A stretch of 64,000 bases of DNA from assembly GCA_965112155.1 (NCBI GenBank), contig OZ218106.1, one strand, 5' to 3'. Source of the stretch: Podarcis liolepis. Lineage: Eukaryota. Numbering within the stretch: the first letter of the stretch is position 1; every line of letters begins with the position of its first letter. Positions 38,912 through 50,731 of the stretch are shown in pieces. The position numbers and the translations under genes are program-made. The notes under the pieces are model-generated. The model worked only from the letters and a program-made list of their open reading frames with translations, was not told the DNA's origin and ran no database searches.

Positions 38912-39484
38912 TCACTGCTGCAACCAATCCCAGATGCTTTTGCTGACACTAGCTAGCCAAATGTCGTTCCCCGAGTCCGATAAGTGAACGCCATCATTCC
39001 GGTATAGAGCTTGGTCGTTAATACGGATACGATCATGCCGGATGACACGGCCAAACATAAAGCGCACCCAACGGGCTACCGCCCGATTTACGAGTTTCCT
39101 GGTTCTTTCAATGGCCAAACAACTTTGCGCACCGCGCCACTCAATTCTTTTCAGGAAGGAGGACCAGAAAACCGTCGTTCTGGGGCACAAGGCTGCCAAT
39201 GCATTCAAGTCTCTTTTTATGCTCCCCAACAAGTCTGCACTCTTTCTGCTGGTTAGGTCATTCTCTCCCAACTGTATCACAATAGCGTCGGGAGGGCCAA
39301 AGTTGGCTACTTTCTCCCGCAGCAAAGGCATCAGCTCTTCCCATCGCATGCCTCTTCTCGCAAACCAGGAAACTCGGACATCATTTGGGAGGCCAAGATT
39401 AGGTGCCAGGCCGCATCTTGCTGCACGTACGTGGGCCCAATGAACAATACTGTGGCCACAGATCCACACATTTCTTCTGAGCAA
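38912..39484 (-). CDS. SGNH/GDSL hydrolase (esterase-like) ORF of the YR retrotransposon
   Basis: Block I VWICGHSIV (Ser), block II RRGMRW (Gly), block III QLGENDL (Asn), block V NDGVHLS (Asp/His); 190 open codons; starts at TTG just after a splice-acceptor consensus. Confidence 0.92.
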   Translation of the reverse strand: MLRRNVWICGHSIVHWAHVRAARCGLAPNLGLPNDVRVSWFARRGMRWEELMPLLREKVANFGPPDAIVIQLGENDLTSRKSADLLGSIKRDLNALAALCPRTTVFWSSFLKRIEWRGAQSCLAIERTRKLVNRAVARWVRFMFGRVIRHDRIRINDQALYRNDGVHLSDSGNDIWLASVSKSIWDWLQQ

Positions 39485-39486
39485 AG

Positions 39487-39523
39487 CTAGGGGTAAAGAC
39501 AGAGAAGACGGCAGGTAAGTGAG
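39487..39523 (-). promoter_or_regulatory. Predicted 3' splice acceptor of the hydrolase ORF
   Basis: Minus strand: CTCACTTAC (branch-like) CTGC CGTCTTCTCTGTCTTTACCCCTAG|CT TTG CTC; phase-1 entry. Confidence 0.7.
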
Positions 39524-39543
39524 GCCCAGCGACTGGTCGCGTA

Positions 39544-40344
39544 CTAGCGAATGTAAGACTTATAAGCATTAGATCTCCACCGGCCCATCTCTTTGATCCT
39601 ATCCGCTGGTAGACCTAAGTGCGCAGCCGTGGTTGCGGCACCAATCCTAAAAGAGTGCGCAGCGTACTCCTGGGCAGATAGTCCACAGGCCTCGATCGCC
39701 TTGCGCAGTACTCTGGTGAATTGGTATCTCAACATGGGCGACCCGTCCTCATGAATCAAAAACGGACCTGGGCCAGGTGGCCTAAGGTCGAGATACCGCC
39801 TAGTGTCCTTTACCGGACATGGGCCCTGCTGTGTTGACGCTGAGAGTTTGATCAGGACACCCTTGCCAGCCTGATCGGTCTTGGACTGTCGTATGAGCAC
39901 TGAAACGGAAGAGCTAGACAGCTGCACATCCTTGCAAAGGAGTCCGTGGTTTGAACCCCGTGCACTAACTTCAAACACAACCTCCCCAACCCTCAGTGCG
40001 CCAAAAAAGGCGATAGCATATGCTGCAGAAAAAAGGCGTGCTTCGAATCTGGACCAGCAAATCAACCTGAGTTTTTTGCGAATTTGAGACAACAACCCGT
40101 AAGAAATCGGCTTACGGCCTTCGTCCCTGGGAGGCTGTAACCTGCTCCAACCCTCGATTGCCCTACGTATCATGAAGTCGCTACACGGGTCATGAGCAAA
40201 TGTAGCTTTTGAAAAGAAGCTGATAGCTGCTACATGAATCTTTAAAGTTTTTGGGGCACGTCCCAGGTCGTCGAGATGTGAAAGATACTGCAAAACGTCA
40301 TTAGGAAAGATAACTTGGTTTTGGGTTGTACCAATGTACCTCAA
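39544..40344 (-). CDS. Tyrosine recombinase (DIRS/Ngaro integrase), N-terminally truncated, no start ATG
   Basis: Catalytic motifs FFGALRVGE (R), RQSKTDQ (K), CPV, HSFRIGAATTA (HxxR), MGRWRSNAYKSYIR (W,Y); 266 open codons; track start codon is TTG. Confidence 0.93.
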   Translation of the reverse strand: MRYIGTTQNQVIFPNDVLQYLSHLDDLGRAPKTLKIHVAAISFFSKATFAHDPCSDFMIRRAIEGWSRLQPPRDEGRKPISYGLLSQIRKKLRLICWSRFEARLFSAAYAIAFFGALRVGEVVFEVSARGSNHGLLCKDVQLSSSSVSVLIRQSKTDQAGKGVLIKLSASTQQGPCPVKDTRRYLDLRPPGPGPFLIHEDGSPMLRYQFTRVLRKAIEACGLSAQEYAAHSFRIGAATTAAHLGLPADRIKEMGRWRSNAYKSYIR

Positions 40345-42059
40345 GACTAAATGAAAAGAAGTATCATGGAAGTCATAGCAGTTTCTAAATATGCAATTCT
40401 GAATCTAAATGCTGAGATCAGATGGTTGCATGTGATCTGCTTGCCTGCCTGTATCTGAGTTGTGATGAGACTACAGAATATGTGCATATAGCCCTCAAGC
40501 CTCAAGGAGATACTGTCAGCAATAGAACACTGGCAAACAATGCAAATTCAGTGAGTAAGGTGAGAGGTCAAGTTGGTTGTGGGGGGAAAACCCAACCATA
40601 CAGGATTTGGGAACAGGAGGAATGTGTGCTGTGCAGGTAGACAAAAAGAAAGTTAAGCAGATATTTTAAGTCCTGCCTATCTAGTTTAAGCATCTATTTC
40701 ACCAGAGGTGGGGTTTTTTTGGAAGGCATTTACTGTATTTCCAACATAGTGTGTATTGCCTGTGTTTTAAATATTCTGGAGTCTTTCATGTGGTGGTGGT
40801 AAAGTCTCCCCATCAAATTTATTAAAAAAATTAAATTCCATACCTTGCCAGCAATTATTTTTACAGGACGCAAGACTCATTTTAGAGACCTGTTATAAAC
40901 CAATCTGAAAATATGGCTTTATAATGGAAAGCAAGAGAAACCTTTAATTGGTGCAGTGTTAGTGAGCACTGTTATGACACTGAGCCCATCCATAGGGTAA
41001 GACTTTCCTGTACAGTTCTGCTGACTATACACCTGCTCGGTCAAATGCACTCTGAACAAAATGTCAAAGAATTTCTTTTGACTTAACGATGTTTAATCTT
41101 TTTTTTTTAATCTGTGTGGCCTCCGTATATGATTCTGGTACATGAGTTATACATATAAGTGGAGAAATGATAAAAGATGAGCAAAAACCACTGGCTAGGA
41201 AGTATTTTCTGCTGATGTATTAATTCATTTCATCTCATACGTGGTATCACCATCAAGGCTAACTAGATTTTATGAGTGGAGTCACTGAAGTGAAAATCAA
41301 GCCAATGAATCGTTTAATATGAACTAATGAAGACCAGATATAAAAGGCTTTAGTAACTGGTTTGGTACTTTAATTGTCAGGCTGATGGAAATTCAGAGCC
41401 TTCGTAAAGTAAAGCAGTGGGACTACAGAGGAGAAAGTGGAATCGCTTCACGATAATTGGTTTTAATTAAATAGCCTTATAAACAGCTCTGGTTTATGTA
41501 ATGTAAGTGCAAAAGGAGGAGTTTTTCAAGGTAAAAATAAATTGCATTTGCAAAAGGTTATAAGCAGGGCAGAGACCACCGTCATGTTTGCATTTGAAAA
41601 CATTTCTCTTTTGCTTATCACAACTAAGAACCTAATTAATGTTGCCTGGCTTCTATGAAATAAAGTAATCCTGCGGGGGTCTGAATAAAAGGATAAATAC
41701 ACCATGCTGAACAGCCCATTCTCCAGTGCAGAATTCAAAATTGTTGACTGCTGAATGTCCCCCCTCCTCGCCATCTTTAGAGCCTTCATATATTTTGTTG
41801 AATTCAAGGGATTTCTGCCCAAGTTGAGAAATGAAAACCTTCTGTCTCCTTACTCTATTAATCTTTCATGGTCCTGTGTCCAATTACCCACACATGCATC
41901 CCACTGTGAAATAATGGGGTTGTTTCATGTCCAACAAATGCCAGGATTGCTTCCTTGGAGCCTTTGAATATTAGGAGCACCACTACCTGTTGCAGATGAT
42001 CCCCCAAAGTGTTACTTCAAGTCCATTTTTTAGGTGTCTGGGTAATGTCTGTTTGGATT

Positions 42060-42285
42060 CAGTGTGGTATAGTAGTTAGAATGTCAGACTAGGACTTGGG
42101 AGACAAGGGTTCGAATCCCCACTCAGCCATGAAGCTGGCTGGCTGATCTTGGGTCAGTCACAGTCTAACCAACCTCAACCGAACCAACCTCACAGGATTG
42201 TTGTGATTATAAAATTGGGAGGGTGAGAATCATGTGTGCCACTTTGAACTCCTTAAAGGAAAGGTGATATATAAATGTAAAAAAA
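42060..42285 (+). mobile_element. Squam3-like tRNA-derived SINE
   Basis: CAGTGTGGTATAGTAGTTAGA head, GGGTTCGAATCCCC box B, GAACTCCTT...GATATATAAATGTAAAAAAATAAA tail. Confidence 0.8.
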
Positions 42286-44604
42286 TAAAGTGAATGAAAC
42301 AAATTCAGGGACTGCCAAACTTATGAGGCCCATTTGGATATTTCAGCAAGTAACATGGCTACTACCCTGTCTAGACACTTCAGTGGTATTAATCTGAGCC
42401 TTTAAAACTCTTCCAACTTAAGCTTTTTGTTTTTCAAATGAAGAAAAAGGCTGCAATGCTGCAATTAATGGTCATGACTAACTTAGCTCCAGTAATTTTA
42501 ATGAGTCTACTCTTGAGTAAATGTTAGTTGAACACACTCCCACTATCTATAATATCACATCAATATATTCTGAAATATCTAGCTGTGCTGACCAGATGTA
42601 TCTTTCAAGTGCTGACTGCACCAGAAGGATGAGATAATAGAGATATTTAGTCCCAAACCTTGCTGTCTACAGCTCCTTAGAAGAGTTCTAGGCAGGGAGG
42701 TGGAGCAGAGAGATGGAAAAGTTCACTTTTGATGATCAATGCATTCCTACTGATATACAATTAATATTTCAGAAACGACTGTGCCGCACATTGAGGGAAA
42801 CCTTCTTATGTGGAAATGTGTTCACAGTAGGTGCCTAAACTTCTTGGTGCTGGACGCCTGTTTAATTCCAGCTAGCAACTGATTCCAGAGGGCTGGGGAT
42901 GCAGCCCCCAAAACCCACATTCTACTACAATGCCCTCTGGGCATTACTCTCAGTATCACTCTCAGACATTACTCTCAATAATGTCCCATTTAAGGAGTGC
43001 AGTTTTTGAGTAGAGATAAATGGGGCAAAGTGATCCCCTCGGGATATAAAGCCCTTAGGGCTTTATATGCCAAAAGCAAAACTTTGAATTGTACTCAGCA
43101 GCCATATTGGCAACCAGTGCAACATTCTCTGCCGAGGTATTATAGGATGTTGAGGGGATATCTCAATCAACAACCCAGCTGCTGCATGTCTTACCCAGAT
43201 ATTGTGTAACTCATCCAAAACAAAGTACAGTTTGGGCTGCAAAAGACTGGGTCATACTTCAAGTTCTTTCTTTGCCACATGACGGCTATTTGACATGCAG
43301 TTTCTTTCTGGGAAATGAATGGGCTTAGCGCTTTCCAAAGCGCTCCTCTGCCCCCACTTTCTCTCTAAAGGGGAGGCAGAAAAAAAATGAAATGAATGTT
43401 CTTAGCCTTTCATGCTATTTTGTTTATATATATCTATATATGTATACATATGAAAGGAGCTTGCTTGTTTCCAAACAGTACGTTTGTATGTTTCCAGTTT
43501 TCAGGCAACCTGCTATTCTCCTTTTGTACAGAAACGACCATCATCCATAATTGCAGTAATAATATTTACCCCACATGAACAGCTCTGCGGCTTGAAAGCA
43601 ACATATATTATTTTCGCTTCACAACACCCCAGTGATGGAGGCTCCTTGAGTCATTCACTCTCTGTAGATGGAGAAACTGGAGTAGGCAAAGACTTCTAAT
43701 GAGTTAATCTTGAGGAGGAAATACATGAGTCGAAAGCTTTTGGCTCCAAACTTCAAGCCCACTTAGACTTACTTTTCCACCCACCCCATGCTGCATTTAC
43801 CACTGTGTACCTTTTCTTGTTCCTTTTCAAGTTTCTAAGCCCAGCTTTCCTCTTTGTTTTTTCCCTAAAAAGCACATTTTGTACTTCGTTTTATCATGAA
43901 CTGTGCTAAAATTGTTCCCCAGCTTGTATTTCAAAGCAAGAGTTTTTCCCCCCAATGCTCTGCTAAAAGAAGGTTTGTCTTGCTGATACCGTTTCCTGCA
44001 CTTCAAAGCAGAGATCCTCTTGCTTGGTATAGTTCAAAGTATGGCTATTCAGCTTAAAATAAAAATAAATATATTGCAATGTTTGATTTACTTTAGCACT
44101 GGACACGTTGAACAGCCATGTGGCTTCATGAAGTTTCGACCATCTTGCATTCCCACCAATTTATTTATTTAAGGATTTTTGGCCCTGTCCTTCAGCTAAA
44201 GGAAGTTCCAGAGTGGCTAAAAGATCACTTTAAAAAGACACAAACCCAAAATAGTTCCTACCCTCAGGCATGCTGACACAGTACAAAAGGGAAAATGGAT
44301 TGAGAGGGAAGAGGAAATAAGCAAACTCAGATACAATCCCAATTTGGAGAAACTTATTGAATAAATAAGTTTTTTCTGATGTACTGAGGTTAAAAAGCTG
44401 CGCCATGATGTTGAATGAGCAAGCTGAAGACTGAAAATTCCCTTCCAAGTCCTACGGAAAGTTTTAGCAGTATCCTGTAATGGTATGGTTCATTAAGGGA
44501 CATCTTGGTGGCTGTTTTCCATTTGTGGAATGCCCTCCCTAGAAAGGTGTGTGTCTCTGTCAACCTCATTCTTAATTTTCAGGAATAATTTTAAAACATG
44601 CATT

Positions 44605-44757
44605 CTGCGATGGCTCAGTCAGTAGAGCATGAGACTCTTAATCTCAGGATTATAGGTTCAAGCCCCACATTGGGCAAAAGAGTCCTACATCTCAGGGATG
44701 TAGTGCAAGATGAGTCTTGTGGTCCCTTCTAACTCTACAATTCTCTGTTTCTATGAT
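44605..44757 (+). mobile_element. tRNA-Lys(CTT)-derived SINE with CR1-type tail
   Basis: GCTCAGTCAGTAGAGCATGAGACTCTTAATCTCAGG...GGTTCAAGCCCCACATTGGGC closely follows tRNA-Lys-CTT; then GGTCCCTTCTAACTCTACAATTCT CR1 3' end. Confidence 0.8.
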
Positions 44758-47700
44758 CCTGGGATTTGGTGGCTTTCAGATACTATTCCTGGCAACCTTG
44801 AAATTATTAACTGTGAGAGTATGTGATTTCCCCCCATGTTTTTAGATTATTTTTTTTTTAAAAAAATAGATTTTAAAATAGATTGTATTGCCAAAACTAT
44901 AGGAGAATCAGTTCTGCCTAGTGACATTTGCAGGAGGCTACTAACAGCCAAATCCTCCTCTTGACTGCAAATGCAAATGACAATTGTGCCATGACTCTGA
45001 AGCAGCTGGAACCCAATGCATGCAGCCCTTTGCCGTACCATCTGCATGTGATGAAACAGGCCCTTCATTGCCCCTAACTGATCCAATATAGAGAGGGGCA
45101 GTGATGCTACTAAAACAATTGAGTTTTGTAGGCTCCCAAGGCCATGGAATCTTTTGTTGTCCTCCTATCAGCTTGTGTTCTCAAAGTTCATTCTCCGAGA
45201 AAGCTCAATTTCAGTATCACGATGAGTGCTTCTGCCATTCTCCAGAAGGAAAACAGAAATGATTTCAAGTGAAATGGCTACACATTCAGCAGGATTTCCC
45301 CTTTCCCCCTCCAGAGAAATACATTTTAGTCATGGGAGTGGAGCTGATAATGGCTCAGGAAATAACACTTCAGCTCCGAGTTTCTCTGAGCATTACTTGG
45401 TCTGCCTCCCAAGTACTCTCCTGGGTGAAAATTATTATTCTGTTGACTTGGAGAGAACGAATGCTTCCAAAGACATCCCACATAGATTACTTAGCTCTTT
45501 TGAGCGAGAAGGAGGAACTACTTCGATGCTGTTAAATGTTCAGTAATAGATTCTTCAGTGTAAATATATGTGCATGCATATATTGTGAGTTTGTTTGTAT
45601 GTGCTCTCTCTTTCTCCCCCCCATCACACAGAAAAAAAATCTAATATTGTAGCTTCTCTCTCTTTCTTCCACCCTGCACTCAAACTCTATCTTCTTTCTA
45701 TGTGCCCACGCACTCACATATTCATCCTCTTGTGAATGCTGATATGTGTCTGGTTAGAGATTACTTATTTCTGACTGTATAACTGCTTTTACTTACTGGC
45801 AGTTCTAACCTGTACAACAAGTAGTGAGTAATAGAGAAATGGTATGGGCTTTAAAATAATGCATAGCACTAAAGAGCTACTGTGGTGTAGTGGTTAGAGT
45901 GTCAGAACACGTCTGAGGAGACACAGGTTCAAATCCCTGTTTGGCCAAGAAGCTCCTTTCAAATAAACTATCATGCTTATTTTTGAAATTAAGCGCTGGC
46001 ACTCACTATCCCTCACAGCTCCACCCATGATGTATAACAGAACATTTTAGGGTGCATCCAGATGCTTGCTATTTTTGAGTAGGATTCAACATAACAAAAA
46101 TATCAGGTTGCGCATTGTGATGGAAAAAAGAACTGAAATGTGTGGGATAGCATTTGTGTGACACAATATGATACAACCTCCCTGCAAAGAAGCCAGAATG
46201 AACATATCCGATATGGCCTAGCCTCTCTGCAGACTTTGTGCAAAGAAATCGGAATGAATGCTCAAGAAACAGGTCATTTGGAGGCAACCAAATTTGTTTC
46301 ACAAGTGTATATGCTGACTTTTAGGGCAAAACTGTCCCAATGCAGCTCATATAAAAAATACAATACACAATGTCAATGAAACAGCAACATAATACGAAAA
46401 CAGCAGTGGAGAACCACATATACACAGAACCACCACATTTTCTTTTTGAAAAGCAGTATACTATGTGTCTAGGAAGGAAATTCCACAAGCATGGGGCCAC
46501 TACTAAAAAGACCCCATCTTTCATGCTAACCATCCTAATTGAGTCTTTTCAGTAGTGGCCTCATGCTTGCAGAATTGCTTTGCAAAAGTGTGTATATCTA
46601 GCAAAAATGCAGGAAAAAATGTGTATGGTAGGAGAAATTTGCACTCAAATGCTTATGAATTTTCATGAGAACTTTTTTTAAAAAATCACAAACTGAACTT
46701 AAGAATTGAACTTAAGACTGGAAAATTTAGACGCTGAGAGAGTGACAGACCTGCCTTTCCCTACTGGCAACCCATTTGACCTGCTATTTAACCAGTCAGG
46801 TAGCATCCCAGTGGGACTCATTGTTAAAGCAACAATAAAATCAAGAGATTCAGGTTAGGAGATATCAAGGAAATGTACAGATCTTTCCAGCTAGGCTTCC
46901 TGATATCCTTTTAGCCAGAGATGAGATTGAACCTAGGACCCTATGAATGCAAAGCAGTTTCTCTGCTACTGAGTCAGTGAAAGCCATCAATATGCACATA
47001 ATTTTTAGGATAGGGTATCATTATCTATTTCAATACATCATCTTAGTGGGTTATAAATACATTCGGTAAAGAACTAAACACAAATGCAGGAAGTGATTGT
47101 ATATTATCCAGTGTTCACACATTCACAAGAAAATATCAGGAGATTTTGTGAGCTGAGCTGCAGTATGTTTGACTCATGAATACGTGGTTCAGGCACAAGT
47201 CTAACATTGATTTTACACTAGGTAGGGTGGGGGGAATAATGAAATGTGTTCCTCACCCCTTTTGTACAATACTGATCATTTGCTTTGTGGAAAGGTTTTT
47301 GTAAAGGGGAAAAAACTGATAATGAGTCCTTTTTACAGAAAAGAAGCAAAGTCAGAAGGGAAAAATATATTCCTTACAGATGGCAGCAACAGTTGTGATG
47401 TAATCTGTTGGTCCTAAAGGTTGAATTGAGAGCTGATATGCAACATGGTGTAAATTAAGGCTATCTTGCTGTCACCTTTCTATTTAAACACACTCTATCA
47501 CTGGCCTGTATTGGCATTCACTCAGCTAAACAGAGAACATTAAAACTGCTGATATTTCTTCTCAATAAGCTAGATGGAAAGGCAACTTGCTCATGCTCCA
47601 TTAGCTGAAACTTTGTAGTCTGCATTACACTAATGAAGATAACGTGTGCTACTTGGGATATGTGAAAATTCTGAAGGTGTATCTGTCCATGGGGTTGCTA

Positions 47701-50334
47701 AGTACACTGTTGCATTTTTTATTTTTTATTTTGGTGTGAAATTGTAGGCATTATTCTCAAATGAAAATGTGTATGAAATGATCAAGGTAGCATAGAGCAG
47801 GTTACAACACAGGCAGCAAATATGGTGCTTTTTATATATTGTTAACAACTGCTCACATAAGCCCCAGCCAGAATAGCCAATGGTCAGAGATGATGGGAGT
47901 TGTTATGCAACAGCATCTGGAGGGTAGCACATCTTAGATCACAACAACACAAAACAACAGAAGCAGCAAATAGCTGCCTTTCATCTTTTGACTGGTGAGA
48001 AGACACCATGTGAGAATAATTGATGGCAGACTACCCAGCCTGGTCCCTCTAGATGTTGTTGGACTCCAGCTCCCATCATTGTCTGTCAGCATGGCCAATG
48101 GTTATAGTCCATTGGAGTTGTAATCCAAAACCTATGGATGGCACCATGTTATGGAAGTCTGATGTAGTGTTACTGAAAGAAGTGCTGCTTTCATACACGG
48201 CACTTCCTATCGACACTGAACCTCATCTGATAATTGTTAATGCAGAAGATAAAGCAGAATAATAGCATTCATAAGCAACTTAGCATTCAGACTAATATAT
48301 TTTATTAACTTATTCCTTTTCTGAAGAGCACATCTCCCACTTTTCTTTATAAAATGCAATCCTAGGGTTGATTGGGGTGTGTGGAGTTGGGGTTCATTCA
48401 AAGCCCTGCTGGAGGATGGGAAAGATGCTTTGCATTCCTCTGTCCCCTTCTTGGTTTTGAATTGTTTTTAAAAAACTTTAGAAATGTTACCTCCACCCAC
48501 TGGAAACCAAGGGAGGGGGAGAAGAATGAGAGATTAGTGCATGCGTATGTCCACATTTCCCCTTAGTTTGGGGAAATGACAGGGACCTTTGAATTCCAGT
48601 CCATTCCCAAAATGCCCTTCCCCCTTTGAAATCCAGTCTCTTCTGATGTCAGAGCACTGATATTGGTTGGTCCAGGACCTTAGAGAAGCCATCACTGTTG
48701 GAGAAAGGCTGTAACATGAGATTAATGGCATGGAGAAAGTGGATGCAAAAAAGTTTTTCTCCCTCTCCCCCAACACTAAAACTCATAGATATCCAAGGAA
48801 GATGAATGTTAGATGTTTCAGGAGAGATAAAATACTTGTTCAAGCAGTTCATAGTTACACCATGCCACTCACTCGCTTGGGAGGCAGTGATTCCACCAAC
48901 CTAGATGGCTTTAAAATTCAGACATTTTTAAAAATAGCATTAAAATATAGGCAACTTCATGGAGGACCAGTCTATGGAAGCCATGATGGTGCTGGTCTCC
49001 TCAACAGTTCTTCTGAATACCAGTTGCTGGAAACCAAAGGAGGGAAGAGTGTTCTTTTTCTCGACTTGCTTGTGGATTTCTCATGGGCATCTGGTTGGCC
49101 ACCGTTAGCACAGGATGATGAACTAGATGGGCCAAATGGCCCGATACAGCAGGCTCTTCTTATATTCTTATGTACTCCCTTTCTGATGTTGGAGGTCTCT
49201 GTCTCTCTGTCTCATGCTCTTTATGTATCTTATGCATTCATAATACATTGTGGGAAATTGAAGAAGAACAAAAGCTTCACCTAGGAGGGTAACAGACAAG
49301 TACATTCTAAAAGTTAGCTCAGACAACCCCAGCACACAAAAGAACAAAATATTCCTGACAATTCAGAGAACTGGAATGACCCCACAATGTGAATCAGGAG
49401 CACTGAAACCAGTGCAAATCAAAACTACATGAGTATAGACTGAATATTTTAAAACTGCAGACATAGTCAAAGTCTACAGAGAGCCTAAAGTGGTGTAATA
49501 AAAACATTAATGAGCTTGGAGGAGAATGCAATTTATAATTCCACTGGAGTATAAACTTAGTGTATAATATGAAGTGTTAGCCAGTGAACAGCAACTGCCA
49601 TGAAAGTTAGCATCACATGAGGGCATTATCTAAAAGCTGAAATCTTTTGTCAAGAGACAAGTTAAGCCCACAGTCCCTTCAGGAATCTATTCTGAGTCTT
49701 CATTGATCTAACCTTCTGCTAAGGCCACTCTGGGAGAATCTTCACAAGCAACAGCCAAATAATTGGGTAAAGTTTCATGAACACTGATAACTAACTAAAC
49801 AAAAATATCCCTGGAGATATGTCATACCGTATTCACCTGCACCCTAGTTCATTTCCAGTTGCAAGCAAAAATGCATGATGAGCTGAGGGTGTAAATCCAG
49901 ATATGTATTCCACTGGAAGCAAAGGAAGACATGCAACTGGATGAGAACCTAGGTACAACAGTTGCTCTTTTGTGGATCTAGATTGATATAGAAGAGGGGT
50001 GGAGAACATTTTACAGTCTGATCAAATTGCCTTAGGTGATATTGCGATGAAGAATGAAATCAAGGAGGCATTCAAATGAAGAAGTGTTGTGGTCCTAGGT
50101 GACTTTCATTACCCCTACATAGACAGGGTAAATGCTCACTCTGGTAACAACAAATTTCTAGATAAACCTATTGTGCTCTAGAACCAGCTGTGGCCCATAA
50201 CTGTGGTAATGGAACCAAGCAGAAGGGAGGCAACTCTGGACTTAATCTTACATGGCATATTGGGCTGAAACATACATGGTGCAAGTTGTTAAGTGCTGTT
50301 TGGGCTGATGGGAGTTGCAGTCCGAAACATCTTG

Positions 50335-50731
50335 GGCAACCAAGATGATCAAGGGTCTGGAAACTAAGCCTTATGAGGAACGGTTGAAGGAGCTGGCAAC
50401 GTTTAGCCCGGAAAAGAAGAGACTGAGAGGAGATATGATAGCCATCTTTAAATATCTCAAGGGCTGTCACATAGAAGAGGGAACAGACTTGTTTTCCCCT
50501 GCTCTGGACTCGACCAATGGTTCAAGTTACAAGAAAGGAGATTCCGACTAAACATATGAAAAAATGTTCTGACAGAGCTGTTTGAAAGTGGAACCTTGGG
50601 AGGTTGTGAAAGTTTTTAAGCAGAGGTTGGATGGCCATTTGTCTTGTATGCTTTAGCTGAGATTCCTGCATTGCAAGGGGGTTGGAATAGATGTCCCTTG
50701 GGGTCCTTTCCAGTTCTACAATTCTATGATT
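50335..50731 (+). mobile_element. CR1 LINE 3' fragment
   Basis: [20 protein letters not shown]...[18 protein letters not shown]; tail TTCTACAATTCTATGATTCT. A separate, more degraded CR1 endonuclease-like piece lies at ~50040-50250. Confidence 0.9.

Larger units (their letters stand above)
38513..40346 (-). mobile_element. 5'-truncated tyrosine-recombinase retrotransposon (Ngaro-type DIRS-like): YR + SGNH hydrolase + structured 3' region
   Basis: Tandem YR and SGNH hydrolase ORFs in the order known for hydrolase-bearing Ngaro elements; CpG-rich against CpG-poor flanks; no gag/RT/RNaseH upstream. Boundaries estimated from composition. Confidence 0.88.

Noticed and set aside
39011-40087. Plus-strand ORFs overlapping YR and hydrolase
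   Set aside because: Antisense shadows with no motifs.
39544-40344. Phage or bacterial integrase contamination or horizontal transfer
   Set aside because: HSFRIGAAT and GRWxS motifs, the linked SGNH ORF, splice acceptor and AATAAA fit eukaryotic DIRS/Ngaro elements, and the flanks are continuous lizard-type DNA.
38494-40372. Near-repeat TAT[G/C]ATGGAAG on both sides of the YR element as a TSD
   Set aside because: Not adjacent to the inferred junctions, imperfect, and YR elements do not normally create long TSDs.
44605-44680. Functional tRNA-Lys gene (likewise tRNA-Ile at 55336)
   Set aside because: Degenerate acceptor stem, CpG decay, no oligo-T terminator, and direct fusion to a CR1 tail indicate SINEs.
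48730-49284. 184-aa ORF
   Set aside because: Begins in a decayed CR1 3' end (FFSLSPNTKTHRYP) and runs through other repeat remnants; not a coherent protein.
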